DNA from: Genypterus blacodes
Lineage: Eukaryota
Direction: 5' to 3'
Assembly: GCF_046128005.1 (NCBI RefSeq)
Contig: NW_027466835.1
Location: forward strand, 4,686,430 to 4,750,429
DNA: 64,000 nt
This document shows, in pieces, positions 48,847 to 63,600 of this stretch. The first letter of the stretch is position 1; each line of letters opens with the position of its first letter. The notes below the pieces were generated by a model. It saw only the letters and a list, made by a program, of their open reading frames with translations, ran no database searches and had not been told where the DNA came from. A program made the position numbers and the translations under genes.

Positions 48847-51800
48847 ATGGAAAGTGAGGTCATCTGTTACCATTAAGACATTGTGGTAAACAGGGTTGAA
48901 ACTGGTTTGTGTTGTGATTGAACTCCAAATAAACAGTGTCCATGTGACAGCAAAAAGAGCGAATGTTGACATTTAATCAGTTTAAAAGAGAACAAAATTA
49001 GTCAAAATCATGATGTCGGCGATATGAAGTGGAATATTTCCCAGACTGTGGGAATCGTTTTTATAAATAAATGATACACAATCCCCCATTTCCTTACACC
49101 CATGAGTGTGTCTAATTCTCCTTGAAAAGAAGATTTGATGCTTTGGTCATTTTGTCCAATTAACAGGCTAAGTTGCAGACCAGAGCCTTGAACATTGCAC
49201 AGATGTTTCCCGTTTGAGGCGTTCTGTGTTTCCCACTTTTTTGGCCAGTGTTTCAAGTCTCAAACTCGGATGCGGTTAGGGAAATGATCCGTCTTCTCTG
49301 TCTGCTCTGGGCTGAGCCATTGTGAGGGCATTTGCTTACATATATCAGCATCTTATAGGGGTGGAGGGGGAGAGTGTTACTGGGTTTCTCTTTTATGTCC
49401 GTCCTCTGGTTTTGCAGAACACAGTAATGTATGTTTTGTATGCAGATTATTATTTCCTGCAATTGAAATAGTTTCCTGTAGACAGAACCTGATGTGAAAC
49501 AGAACTAATCAACCTATAAGCTGACTTTGATGTGATTTTCCTTGAGATGAGCGAGCATAAGATCATCTTCATCATCTTATTAACTACTTGTTTTGATCAC
49601 ACTGCCTAGTATCTTCTACTGCTTCACACACCCAAACAGTGTTTCCTGACTGTGTCATAAAACAGCAGGAATGCATTTTTCTTCCCCTGCAGCCAAGGAA
49701 CATGTTCTCGTACCCTCACAGCACCTTCCGCTCTCCACGCGTTGTTATTCCTACTCCTTTGTTTGCGACACTTTTATTATAGAACCCACAACTTAACACA
49801 CTGGCTTGTCTGTAACCGAAGGCTTTTGCGTGAAGCTGTAATGGACTCTCCCCAGGGGATCTGGTGCAGTAATGTGGCCGAGGCCTCACGGCTCTCCAGC
49901 GGCCGGCCCCTCAGCTGCCGAGACACGTCAAGCCGTAGCATGAAGATGAAAGTCGGCGGTGCAGGCATCTCCTCCTTCTCCTGACCACCGTGTCATCATG
50001 GATGTGTCGATTAGTCAGCAGGAGTGACAGGCCCAGTAACTGAACAATGAAGGCTGAGAAACTCACATTGCTCCAGATATGATAGTTGTTCTTTGTCGAC
50101 TTCAGAGGTTTTGTTGGCCTATGGACACTAAAGGCATGAACTTAACCCCTATCCATAACTGTTTGCACATAAAACTAACATTTTAATGCAACTTTGACTG
50201 CCCAGGTTTATTTTATGCGTCTTGGGCTCACTGGAGACTTTTGACGTCCATTTCCAGGGTTTTTTTTAAACTCAGACTATAAATCCTGAAGTCTTAAAAA
50301 AAGTTGTTTCTAATATTTTGACATGAACACGATAAAATATTTATAGTAAATATAGACATAAAGCAAAGGTAGTGGCAGGTTTAGATGAAATCTTGGTGTG
50401 GGTATCAACCTTCAGAGAACGATATTCCTTTACCTCGCCGTTCAAAGACGAACAATGGCACACTCGCATCCAGCTGACCTAAGCTTTACACCGACATCGT
50501 CTGGCAGAGCTGTGAAAGCCATTAAACACACGCATGATTTATTATGACTGAGCAGGCCCCCCGTGAGCTTCGGGAAGTCAATTCTCCCCCGTCTTGAAAG
50601 GAAAACCAGCACTGCGTCTCCTATGGATGAAAAACCTGGAAAATGTGTTTGCTTTGGACTCTCAGTGCTTTACTAAACACCATTTCAAGGAACATAAATT
50701 CAGCGCACGGCTGCTGCTTGTGCTGAAGCTGGACTGCTGAGTGTCAATTCCGAGCTCTTGGATGGGTGTTTTGGCTCCTTTTTGACGAGTCATAAACTCG
50801 CCTAATTCTTACTGGACAGGTTTCTAAAGCAGCTCTGACAGGCCACATTCAAATAGCTGAGTGGTTTATTAATAATCATGTGTGCATATACAGGATTAGA
50901 GTAAGCACACAAAGACATTTCAGTCAGCGCAACACATTATTTGTAACATTACAGGATTTGGATTATTGTATGTTGCTTCCTTGTCTGTGTAATGTAGTAT
51001 AGTTGGGTAGATTCACATTGGCTGACACAATTGGTATGTTTACATGTACACCTTGTTTCCTTGAGGTAGTGTGTCTTATTAGAACTTTGTAGATATATGA
51101 AAAATACACCGAATGATGAATCTCAGGCCTGATCTTGGTGACGGTCTCCCGGAACTGGCACGGGATGTGCAAACCCGTCTCAGAAACCATTGAATGTAGC
51201 AGCTGTGGTTTTATGGTTGAGAGTAATGGCACTGCTGAGGACAAAGACGAAGGCAAACAAACTTCATCTTCATAACCGTGATCGCCAGAGTCATAGACGT
51301 GAAAATATGTAGTCTGTTATCAACTGAGAATATCCTGATATCACTGATCCCTTTATGAATGATGACATTTATCTCACAAGAAGAATTATACGTGTAATTT
51401 ACTTTGGGTTTCAATGTGAATTCATGGGAGCTCACTGCAGTCTGAACCACAATTTGTTCTGATACGGTTTGGTTTCCTTATATCCACAACTTCTAAGTTC
51501 TTCTGCCCACCTTAGTTTCTCAGAGATGTACGTGTAAGTGTGGGTTATGTGGCGTTTCTCCAGCTAAAACCCAGCAGTGTTAACAGGACAAATCTTCCCA
51601 GTCTCTGCCTCTTATCGTCTCGACGCCGGACCTGCAACTCGTCTGAGCGCCAAACACAAACACACTTCGATAAGAGGCACCATAGACGTCAGGAGATGAG
51701 GCCACCTCCTTTCAGCCTTGATCCCCACTGACCTTTTCAACCACTCACAAAACGCGCCAAGGAATTGGTTACTATTTATCCTCCCATTCATTCTTGGATA

Positions 51801-54072
51801 CAGAATGTTGATTCAGTAGCTGTGAAGTCATGTGACTCACAGGCACTATGTTTAGTTTGCTCTTGCTCTGAATACCCTACATATGACTGCTGGTGCCTCT
51901 GAAGATCCCTGATGACCACAATCTGATACTCTGTGGGTTTCTCGCCACTTCAGAGGTCAACAGTTTAACCCATTGACCCTTTTTTTTCTAACTAACTACC
52001 CCTTTGATCTTTCTGACCATGTTTGGCCATTGATTATAAATTCTCTACATGCTCACACGTGTCTGCCCAAGCATACTTGTGTGCAAAAACCATATGTGTG
52101 TTAGCTCATATAGTGCCATGTTTGTGATGGCTCCTGCAACATGCGGTGTGGGTGTGTGGAGTTAGCGTGACCACACATTCCTCCAGGCCCGTCTGCAGGG
52201 CTTCTGTATTTCCATGCCTTGGTGTTCCTCCTCATACCCGGTCTGTCCAAACCCCCAGACAGGCTCCAGGCTGGCAAGATGGTACAGAGACTAAGATTTC
52301 ACTCCTCTTCCTCTTCTACTAAAATCCTGCAAAGCACCCAGCTATCATCTCCATATCACTCCAACCAGTCCTTAAATGGTCCGAAATCATATCAAGCACA
52401 CGGTGATGTACTGTGTGTAGCGTTAAGCATAAACAATTTTACTGGGTGGTGTTGCAGACGGTTCTAAACATTTATGACCATCATGGCGACAATCATTTGG
52501 CTCAAAATGGGTGAAACACAAAGAAACGACTGTTACTTACTGCACAAACAAGAGCTAAAAGCGAGAGAAAGGCTGATTTAAAGGTTACTCCAAAAATGTA
52601 AATCCTCTTTAGTTATAACAAAGAAAATGTTTGAGCGGAAAAAGCAGCAGGGATTATGGGTAACGTCAACAGCAAATAGAAATTTAAAAAATGACATTCA
52701 ATAGTAGAATACAATGCTAAGAATTGTTTAATTACTATTTTCCTACGCATCCTGTCGTATCTGTTGTTCAGTAGTTGTTGAATTCCATGTGCCGTTTAGA
52801 AGGTCTTGGGTTTGGCTTTGTGAACCCTGCAGATACCCCGGTGATAATAGCAGACATGTGCCGTGTTGTTTACATTCCCATCAAGCCACAGGAGCGTAGG
52901 GAAGTCTAGTGCCGAGATGGCTGAGGGGAGCAGGCCAAGCCGATGCGACGGTGATAGAGTAGTAAGCCAGGTCTGACGTCTGTCTTATCAGGTTTGTTTT
53001 TGTCTGCTGATAGATGTGGCACTAGCAAACAGGGGAGGCGCTGGACCTGTTGGCTGGCGTGGATAAGATCATGTGACCCATGCTTGATTTGCTTCATGGA
53101 ATATGAAATATTGTTGTCCCGCAAAGCTGAGATTGCTCGTTGCTGTCAGCTGCAGAAAATGATTATTGTTTTCAAATTTCCGTGTTGATACTTTGTCTTA
53201 CATCATTTTTTTGCCTAACAAATGATCAGAAGGTTGAGTACATCTATGCTGTGGGAGAAATAATTGCTCTTGGTTGGCATTTGAATTATGAATGGAGAGA
53301 TAGAAGGTTGTGATCATCGTCAAAGGACTTGGTAGTTGTGGAGATGGAGAGAGAGGGGGTAGAGAAGGAGAAGTAAGCAGGATGGAATCCTGAAGAAGCT
53401 CAGGAAGTGTGAGGGGGTGAGGGAGTTGGACTCTATCTAGAGTTGGTCTCCCAGTCACTCAGTTTTTCCTCTCCCCTTTCTCTTTTTTGTGCTGACACAA
53501 TGGTTAAGCCTCCCGCTCTGCGGAACAATGGTCTTGGGAAAGGAAGTGTAGAAGGGGCCCTGCTCGAGTCCTCGCTTTGTTCCTGAGAGCTCCTCCACGC
53601 CTAGAGAGCCTCTGTCAACACACACCCCCCTTCCTCTGACGCCCGTGTCACGGCCAGGTTACGGCCGAACGCCTCGGAGTTCGATCATAGACGCACTTTG
53701 CACCATCTCCCAATAAATAAGCAGCCCCGAGTACATACCAGACACACACAGCTTTACCAAAGCAATGACAGTCAATACTATCATTTAGAAGCTCAAAGTA
53801 AAGTAAAAATTGCTGTTGGATTGGACTCAATTGTTTTCTGTTTCGATCTTGGTGTTATGAATGAAAATGAGTTTCATATTATTGTTGTATGGATTCATTT
53901 CCTCACATTGCACCCTTCAATTCACCCTTCGTTTTCACATCCATTACATCCACATACTAGTCATTCACAGGTGAGAGTGAAACTTGTACTTCAGCTGGTT
54001 ACTTGGCATTCTTTCCTCCAGCCCTGCCTCTTACACAGGGGTCATTGCATTTGTACTGGAACACCAACAGCG

Positions 54073-54074
<2 letters not shown>

Positions 54075-54110
<36 letters not shown>
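54075..54110. repeat. (CA)17 microsatellite
   Basis: gccacacacacacacacacacacacacacacacacacacag. Confidence 0.95.
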
Positions 54111-54111
<1 letters not shown>

Positions 54112-57100
54112 TAGACGTACATAAAGGCGGTATGTAGGAGGTTATGGAACCAACTGGATAAGTGGTTCACAATGTGAGGTGCATTCCACCGTTGGGAAAA
54201 ACAACACATAAACAAAGACGAGCGGGACGAAAGCCGGGCGGCGCTTGTCTCTGCTCGGCCGAGCGTGAGCATTTGCCGTTTCACCGTCTTCTGCCTTGGA
54301 TATAGTGTACAGGCTGAGCACTGTGGGAAAATACCGTCTTAAATTCCAATAACTGTAAAACAATGAGGTTAATCATTCAGCCGCTGGAGGAGAGAATGAT
54401 TGTACCTGAACCAGTGTGTAGCGTGGTCAGTGAGGATACTGCAGAGGATTTATTTGTTTAGTGTCACTTAAAGCGTCTGAAGTACTCTGCACCACGTTTA
54501 GTAAACCACAATGTAAAGAAACCACAGGAGAAATCCGGAACCGTAAATGAGTGGCATCAGAGATCATGTAGGTGTTTTTTATTTTTGGCCTCCATTTCGT
54601 CATTTCTTTGTTTTCCAGTGAGTTGTCTGCTTTTATTTCTTGTTAGAACTCATCTAAAACATAAAGTTCAGTGGTTCCACACACTTCAGGTATGTGCTGC
54701 AACCTTTCATTTTCCCACAACACCCCTGGCTGCACAGCTCTGCAGAGACGTGCAGTACGTGCGCCTTCACAGAGCTCCTTCTGTTGGCCTGTGGTGGCTG
54801 TGCAGCCTCACGTGTGCATATTAGTCACCCGCCATTCAAGCTTCTTCAGCAGGAGGTCTGTGTCGCTGCCCAGACCAATCAGAAGGGTTTTGATAGAAGC
54901 CCTTTCAGTTGATTGATGTCAAGCTTGTTTTGCCTTCAGTGTACTTCAAAAACTTTCATACAAGAATGTTTCTGGCTCAATATGCAACAAACACATTCAA
55001 CCACAGCTGCATATTGTTTTAAATGCATATACTATGGTTTAAGGAAACTCTGGAGTCTGTACTGCCATATTGGCCGAAATGGGACTTTTACATGGACGGA
55101 ATTGATAGGCTTCCAATTTTCTCTGAGCACTACGAGGACTAAGAAGCGAGTCGACCTTTGTGGAAATGCATGCAGAGGTTTTTACTCTGACCCAAACATT
55201 TACATACCTGATGTAAACTCGGGTTAGCATACTGGGATTTACATTTCAGTCACATTATGGGTCAAAGCTACTTCATGAACAGAAAGCTACCAATGTGTGA
55301 GGAAGTAGCCATTGCTTTGCTTGAACAGCTCCTGCCCCTCTTTCAGGGTCAGGAAGTCCCCCTACCTACAGATTAGCCTCCCTGCTTAGTGTATCCAGAT
55401 GTTTCAAGAGGCTGTGAGGATTAGATTAAACCTACCAGTGCAAATTGAAACCTAATGATTTTGATAAGCGCTTATAACCTCCGCCGGTATCGTTTTACAA
55501 AGGCATTTGCCACTACTCTTCCAGGAAGGTGATTTGGATATTGATCTGTCTGTGAATCTGAAAGCCACAGCCACCAGATGAACTGGAGACACGTCCACAT
55601 CTGGATTCTTACTGTTTGTATTTATATAGTCGTCGTTCAGTTAATGTGTTCTACTTGCACAAATCAGCAAAGTAAACCGATAAAATTAACTCCATTTGCA
55701 TCTGTGTGATCGTCGTCCAGTTTGGCACTGCGTCTAGATGTCGGGGGTTGGCTCAGCTCTCGCCTCCCCGAGGTTGAGCCTTGTCCAAACATGACATTGA
55801 GCCGGAGGGCAGGCCAAAGGGAGAAACCTCCTTTGTGTGCTCTCCAGGCCCTCGCTGTCATGCCACCGTCCCAGAGTGCCGATAAGACACAAAAAGGCCA
55901 ATAAAAAAAAGAATCTTGTTCGCGCCACCGTTGCTGCGTAGTTGCCTGGCAATCCCCCTATTCCCTTCGGCAGATAAGAGACAGATCCCGTCCCGCACTG
56001 GCCTCGGCCAAACACACATACTGCTTCCTGTGTTCCTGTGCCAGGCTGTCAGGAGGCCAGAGGGGAAGAGAGCCACAGAGCTGTGAACTCAAGAGCTGGG
56101 AATTACAGCTGCTGACTGGTGTTTCCCCCTGTGAGAGAGCCGGCAAGATCAAACAAGAAGCCACACACCATCTCTGATACAATATCAAACATTCAGGCTG
56201 TTTAATGTCAAAAGATTGTTTTTTCTTGCAGTGTCGGGCGTAGGAGCTAATTTGTTTGGATTTGCATGTGCACTTTGTAAACCTCAGTAATCTGCATGTC
56301 ACCTTGGGCGTGGTTTCATCTTTTTTTTCAAATTCATTCAGTTTTTCACTGCAGGTCTTGTCTTGTTTTGTATCATATCTGATCGTATTGAGGGATTGTG
56401 TCAAACAGTGGCTTTTTATCTACAGTCATTGACATAAAACGCTGTTAAATGCATCGATTGACTCCTGGACGAATAATTGAGAATCAGTTAGACTCCCTCT
56501 CTGTAATGGGAAACTGAGGGACTTACTGTAAGTGGGGGGGTGGGGGGGATTGCGTGGGCCTCCCACATCTTAGTCTTAGTGCCCCCATGGGGAAACCTGA
56601 TTCCTGCAGGTGGTAGAGGCAGGTGGCGACATCAAGGAGGAAGCGTGTGGCCGACTGCAAACCCCCCCTCTGAAGAGGAAGCAGGGGCCAAGCAGGAAGT
56701 TTGATCCTCCGGAAAAACATGTATACATTGTGTGCATATCAATCAGTTGATCAAACTTCATTTATATATCACTTTTCAGACAAGTTGATATATAAATGAT
56801 AGAAAATGTGAAAATAAGAAGATTGAAAAGAACTTGTTTGTCCAATCAGGGCAAAACAGACCAAGTAGTTGCTGCTTTATGCCTAATTCTATAAATATAC
56901 CAACTATATACTATATTATACTATACTACACTACTAACAAACAGGCTGCCGATTGGTCCCTCTCATACTGTATCTCTCAAGCTTAAATGATTCACTTTGG
57001 ACATTTTCCAGACCCAATCTCTTAGTGAAAGTTGAGATGTTGAGATGTGATCTGTCTTTGTGAGCTTAGGCCAACCTGAGTCGAATTTCTTAACATTATA

Positions 57101-58099
57101 AGCAATTAATAAGTGGTAAAGTTTGGTGCGTTCACTAAAATATGAGGGGTTTAAGTTGCACCTTAGCGTAAGGAGACGGAAGGCATAAAACTACAAAATA
57201 TCCAAATTTAAATAGGTGGATCTCAGTGTGAAACGACAACTGTTGAGTACAGAAATAAATATTGGACCATGTCAAAGCTCGATGAAGTAAGAATTCATTT
57301 TAGCATCTGCAGACTTGCTGAGCCGAGCAGTAGAGGGGATCATGTTGTTTTGGAGGAGAGCTGATACTGTAAGTACTTCTGAAGCCCATCATCCGTGCAG
57401 TCAGAAACCACAGAACAGCCGCGTGGATTCATTCCTACTTTATTAGCGAGATGAAGACGTGTATTGTGTTTTATTGCTGCATTTAAACGACAAAGGGCCT
57501 GTTTATATTTAGACTACAAGATTTAATCTCAAGTGGAAGGAATTAGACTGCTGCTGTTTCTCAGGGAACGTTTTTTGACAAGGGTCTGTTATGGTGTTCT
57601 GGAGGACAGCCAGGGTTCTCCTAAGAAGACGTACTTTTAGCACGCTGGCTTTACAATGGTTGCATGGTGTCTACACTTCACCACACGGAGAACAGAGAGG
57701 ATAGTGGCCCAACATTTATCCTTAAGTTTGTTTATTGCCCCGTCCTAAATTCAGCCACTTGAGCCATAAGAAACAAAAAAGATTTCTAAGGCGTTGCCTG
57801 CTCTTTCACAGACAGACATGTAATCATAGTTTTGATACTTTTGGTGGTTATCTAATTTTAGTCAGTAGATTTTACAACAGATTTTCTTTCAGTCTGGTGC
57901 ACCAGAAGCACAGGCTGAGGCTCGAATCCATGGGCCTGATCCCAAGGAGACCTCTCAAATTTGCAGACTCCTGCAAAACCTCCCTCTTTCCCCGCATTCT
58001 TGTGGTGGCGGATCCCTGGGATGTGAAACTTCCAGCTGAAATTATAAAAAGATATTGGAGTCCCTGCAACTCCAGCGGGCTCCAGCTCCAGCTCTGTTC

Positions 58100-58190
58100 T
58101 GGGCCCTCTCTGCCTCTCTCTCTCTAGCTCTCTCTCTCTCTTGCTCTCTCTCTCTTGCTCTTTCTCTCTCTCTCTCTCCCTCCCCATAAA
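58100..58190. repeat. (CT)n-rich polypyrimidine low-complexity block
   Basis: ctctctgcctctctctctctagctctctctctctcttgctctctctctcttgctctttctctctctctctctccctcccc. Confidence 0.9.
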
Positions 58191-58799
58191 CAACATTAAA
58201 AATAACTTTGAACAAATGCGTAGCAGACGATGGCCTTAAGAGGACCACTGGCTACGATATTCGGCATGGAGTACAAAGTGCTTCCTGCTCCAGCCCTGAG
58301 GCCAATGCGCTCAAGCTGCCAGTCAACTGATGAGCGGAGTTTGCTATCAGATCGGCCTCCTTATGTGGGTGGATTTGGGATTTGAAAACTTTAAAGGAGG
58401 GGAGACAGAGTTTTCATGGCTCCAGCTATGTCCTCTCCCTCCCTTTTCTTTATCTTCAATGTGTGTCTGGGTATTCATTTATGCGTGAGTGTGTGTGTGT
58501 GTGTGCGTGGTGTGTCTGTGTTAATTTGTGCATGTGCAGAGTTTGATTTATTCACGTTAATTATGGAATCCAGGTCGTTATCAAAGCAGCACACCAATCC
58601 TTAGAGAGAACGCCTGCTGTGTTTCCCCAAGATCTCAAATAGGAACTTACTTCAAAAGCACTATTGTTGTGCGTGTGTATTTGGGGAGGGTGTTAGGTTT
58701 TGGAGGGGCGGGGGCAAAGAAGTTAAAGGCTCTGTGGTTCTTCCCTGCCTTACTTTGCCTCTTGTACAGCCGTATTGAGGGATTGAGTAAGAAAAGGAG

Positions 58800-58850
58800 T
58801 GGTGTGTGTGTGTGTGTGTGTTGTGTGTGTGTGTGTTGTGTCGTGTCGCC
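58800..58850. repeat. (GT)n compound microsatellite
   Basis: ggtgtgtgtgtgtgtgtgtgttgtgtgtgtgtgtgttgtgtcgtgtcg. Confidence 0.9.
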
Positions 58851-60638
58851 TGGTCTCCAGGCTGTGGGTGTATCCAGTGTCTGGGATCGCTTTCCCATTC
58901 TCCCCCGTAAAGCCCCTGTGGACTGACCCTTGACCTCCCTCGACCTGGGATAGTAAACACTAGACTTCACCAGCGTTTGACTTACCACCATGAAGACGTG
59001 TGCAGACGATGATGGAGCTGTCATATGGCCGTATCTAGAGCTCAGTACTCAATAGATGCAGGTTGAAATTCTACAACAACTTTAACCCTGGCTAGTTACT
59101 TATGGGACCTTTATTGTCTCCACTTTCCACTGGAACTGGAAGCTGTCAGTCTCAAAGTTTCCATCCAGCTATTTTATGCAAATGTTGTCATATCAATTCA
59201 AAAATGCTTGATGGAAATAATGCGCCCACAATTGTGTTCACACGCTTGATGTCAATAAATGTTTGTTCAATAAAATGAAATGTGGTTAAACCCTGATGGA
59301 AACACAGTCAAATGCAAATAGTGATGTCACGTGACGGCCCCAGCTGGTTCCCTTTTGAAAACAGCTGCAGAGTGAAAATGGGCATCGGTGGACTGAAGTT
59401 ACAATCACCACTCTTCTGAATCTTATCTGTCAGAAAAACATAAATGTACTATTTGGCAGACAACGGCGGCAGAATGCAGGAATGTTGCATTGTTGTGCAA
59501 AGGTTACGACAAACTGTGGACTATTTTAGGGGATAAATGTTGTATGGAAACATAGCGTGTGCGGTCCGCATTGCTTCACCTTTTTCCATGTGCGGCCGTA
59601 AAATCCAGGTGAAATTTTGCTGTAGAAGTTAGTTCCCTTTAAAATAAATGTGCATTTTTGGTGAAAAGTCTGACAACAATGAGCTTTATCTGCATCTCTA
59701 TGACAGCGACATGATTATGCGATGATTCAGAGCGAGTACAATGGCCTTTGCTCCGAGAGGCTAAGTCACTCGCATTCACCACTGAATGCAGCTTTTAGAG
59801 TTACAGTGCAGAGTCGGTGACCGTGGCGTTATAATGACATGCTGATTAAACACAACTCTAGCTTCAAGCGTCCCGAACAGAGTGCAGACTTTGTTGGGAA
59901 TGAGCAGAGTTTGGAATTCTGAAAGCATGGAGCCTGAATACCATAAGAGGCAACATTCCAGCGAGTGGGAGTGCGGGGGATTGAAAGTCACACCAAGAGA
60001 AGTCACAGAATGGGACAACGTGAAAAAAGGAAGAGGTCTTACTACTGATTGTGTCGCTTCTTCTTGGTTGGTGGACGTCTCATTTGACTCAGTCGAGAGG
60101 GTCGAAAACTTTGACCGTAGTGAGCCTGCAGTGGGAGTCTGTGGCCGAGCCCCTGCAGTGGTTGCTGACAGCCGCGTTGTCTCGGTGTAAAGGCCTCGGG
60201 GGGGGGGATCCATTGTCTAGCAGGAGATCAAAGAGATGCAAGTTTTATTCTCTCGTAGTCTTAGCGGCGTACCATCCTCTGACCCAGCAAAGGGAGTCAA
60301 ACCTGGGTCAGAGGCTAATGAAGCTTCCTCAGGAGATCCAGCCGAGAGAGAAGACGAGGGATTTATGGCCCCCAAAGCCGGTCAGGTGTCGCGGTTGGCT
60401 GAATATACTCTCTTTAAGGAATGTACGGCTATCGCGTTGTTTGCTCCTCAAGAGACATCAAGCGAACGGGTTAGTTTCCCGAGAATCCTGGTGACAGTCG
60501 TTTAGCGCCCTAAGGGGAACTGGAGTCTTCGGCGTCTGTCATCGCCTCCTGCTGTCTCTTCTGACCAGACATTGTATCTGTATGAGGTTCTGTGTGTCTT
60601 TGGTTGCATTGCCTGCGGGACATCTGCTCGCCAGGCTG

Positions 60639-60659
60639 CCCCCCCCCCCCCCCCCCCCC
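60639..60659. repeat. poly(C) homopolymer of 21 nt
   Basis: ccaggctg(c)21gtctcag. Confidence 0.9.
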
Positions 60660-63600
60660 GTCTCAGAAAAGCTCCCTTTTATTACGATTTTCCCTCACAT
60701 CAATGACATATGTTGGAGCTGGTCTTCGCCAGGGTTCAACAACATCATTTTCCATATGTTAGTATGTACGGTACAAGCTCGGTCTTGTTTTCTGAGACCA
60801 AGAGAAAGCGTAGGTCGACCGAGGATTCATCAGGCTTTATGCTCCTGTAGAACTGTCACAGGTAGTGATGAAACTTTTGGGCCTTAAGAGATGAATCCGC
60901 TGACAGCTAACTTACTGCCCTTCCCGACAAATATTACCTGTGACCAAATTCCGAAAGAGTCATAAATTTAGAACACAATTTCCTGTCACAACACACATCT
61001 ATAAATCAGCCACATCTAAGCTGATGACATGTCTGCGTGCTGAGTTTTTTTTCTATCATATTGAGTTTTGGTCATACATGTCACATCTAACAGTTAAGTA
61101 TTAGTGGTTGTTTTCTCTTTTTGTCCCCCGTGTTGGCGGTACGGTGTAGTCAAGAGTTCCCAGTAGGTTGCTGAGTTTGATCACAGCCAGATGTTTATAT
61201 CATGTATTGTCTTCTGTTTCCTTCACAGAGTTGTTGGGTTCTACCAAGAGGCTTAATGTCAACTATCAAGACTCAGATGGGTGAGTGATGAAGTCAGCAC
61301 CATAAAGACACATTTCTTTTGGACAGTTTTCTCACATTCAAGTCTCAGTTCAGCCAAGTTCTCCTCCTCCTCCTCCCCCTCCTCCGTATCCAGTCGTTAC
61401 ACAGCTCCCTCAGCATCTATAAAATGTTATTTTCCACTATGCAATATCTTCTGCTACAATATTCAAGCCTCGGATTTGGAAACCAAAGCTGAAGTGTCTC
61501 CACTTTTGCCTTCCCGTTGGCCTTCGGTGTCATTTTGTGTCTAGCTGAATTAGCAGCTTAAATGAAATATAGTTGTGCGATAGCCGCGTTGGTGTCAAAC
61601 ATCATTTAAACCTTCGTCTCACTTTTACCGCTTCTTTTTCCCTGAAATGAGAGGCCACCACCGCAGTCTGCTAACCCCCAGTTACCCCCTCAGCCAGTGG
61701 AAACGCTGATGGTTACATTTCCCACCCCCCCAAAGCATATTAGCATGGAAGAAAAAGCAATAGATGAAGAAAGTTTTGTCCAACTTCCGTCCTCATCAAT
61801 ATTTGTCATTGTCTCATTTACCTCCCAACTCAGACTTTTCTTGTCTTTGCGTACAACGTTTCCATCAGACATTTCAGAATGCCGCCAGCAATGCGCCTAG
61901 CATGAAACTAAGCATCATGCAAAGACTGTGGGACTGATTCTGAGATCGGAGAGCTTCTGTCCATTAACACGGCAAAGCATCTTTCGGCGCACTTGCTGCC
62001 TTATTCTTCCTTTACGTCATTCTCTACTTGTTGGTATGACAGCTGAACGCTGGCTGGGAATTTCAAGTGACAGGGTGTTTATCGCAGTTGTTCGCAATTA
62101 CAGCCAATACTTGGCTTTAATTGCGAAAGGGGCAGTCAAGGAACATTCAAGATGAGGTAGTTCTGCTTTGTTCTGGTATGCATGTGGAAGGGGTCAAAAA
62201 GCACTGGGGTTCGGCACTCAACCCTAAATGGTATGATGTCTCCACATAATTTGTAAATATGTTACACAAGATTTGTAAGGCCAGTGGAGAGTGTTGCAAA
62301 TACTGAATCCTCCCAAAGGGGCATTGGTTGCGAAAGAGTTCAGCTAAGTCTATAAGGAGGCTTTATATGCACCAATACATGACCTAATAACCCCCTAGTA
62401 AAACAACTGTCAGTGTTGGTGCCTTTTGAGCCTAAGTAAACACTGTTCGGTGTAACAAAAGCCAGAGGGAGACAGCGAGCAAAGAGCGGCTTTAGATAAG
62501 CGGAGGGTCTGAGAGGGCAGTAAAACACACAAGTTAGAGGGCAGGAGTGTCGGTGCACTGTATATCACCCACACGGACCCGGAGGAGGTTGAAGTGTTTG
62601 TGTTACATCTTTAACTACTCTCCTCTTCCTCCTCCTACTCCTCCGCCTTTGTCTTTGTTGGCTCTCTAGAGAGCAAGGGGTTCGGGGGGTGGAGCCCAGC
62701 AAGGTGAAAGGTCAGCGATGGGCGTCAGCAGAATAGGGCCGGACCGTGACTGATTAGATAGGAGTGTTTAGAAAGAGCCTATATGGCTTAATGTAGTGAT
62801 GACAGGCAGAGCGTCCGGCCGCTTTACTGTGACAAGAAGAGAAATTAGTCAGGAAAAAGTTTCCCCCACATCGCTGATGTGATGATATGTTAAGGGCACA
62901 ACATTGCCATGTCTGAGCCTTAATTGCTGCTTTTCCCCCCTGTGTGTGTTTGTGTGTGTGTGTGCAGTGAGTGTGTTTGTGTTGAGGCTAATAGCCTCCG
63001 TGGGGACTGCAGATCTTGAACGTAGGAAAACCTCCTTCATTATTCATCAGCGCTGTTGGCACTGCGCCGGGCAATGTAGCACCAAACACAGTCCGAGTAC
63101 AGCAATCACACTCCTGCAACTGAACACGACATTCCTGTTACACAACATCCCACAGTCCCACAGCGTCACACCTTCATTTGTTTACGCCATAACATGTCAA
63201 CGCTTCTCTTTCTGTCCATGTCGTTTTGTTGTCTGACAGCTAATCTGAGAACGTTCAGGGATTTGTGTATGAGTGAAGTGATCTGAAGTACTTTAAGAGT
63301 TGGGTAATATCTGTGAGGACGGGTTAATAAAGAAAGACTTTTGTAGCACATCATTTTACTTGACTGGTTGGAGGCAAAGTTAAGAATGCTGACAAGGTTA
63401 ATCATCATTAAGCATGTGGGCCATGCAAAAAGCTTCATTACACTATTTTTGTCTTGGCAAGTCCCAAGACAAGACAGAGGTCAGGCTACAAGTCAAAACC
63501 ATCAAGTCCAAGTAAGTTCACAAGTCAGTGAGCGTGCAGAGGAAGTTCATGTCCTGTGACAATATGCTTAGCGTGTTGGCAACAAGTGGGATTTCCAGAG

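Noticed and set aside
55958-56404. 148-aa minus-strand ORF (MTQSLNTIRYDTKQDKTCSEKLNEFEKKDETTPK...)
   Set aside because: It lies in AT-rich sequence, has lysine-rich low-complexity composition, shows no homology, and has no splice context. It is likely a chance ORF.
59336-59345. Perfect GTCACGTGAC CLEAR/E-box palindrome
   Set aside because: A single 10-bp palindrome is expected by chance at roughly 0.06-0.1 occurrences per 64 kb, and there is no clustering of additional sites. It is noted only within the broader 59.3-60.7 kb finding.
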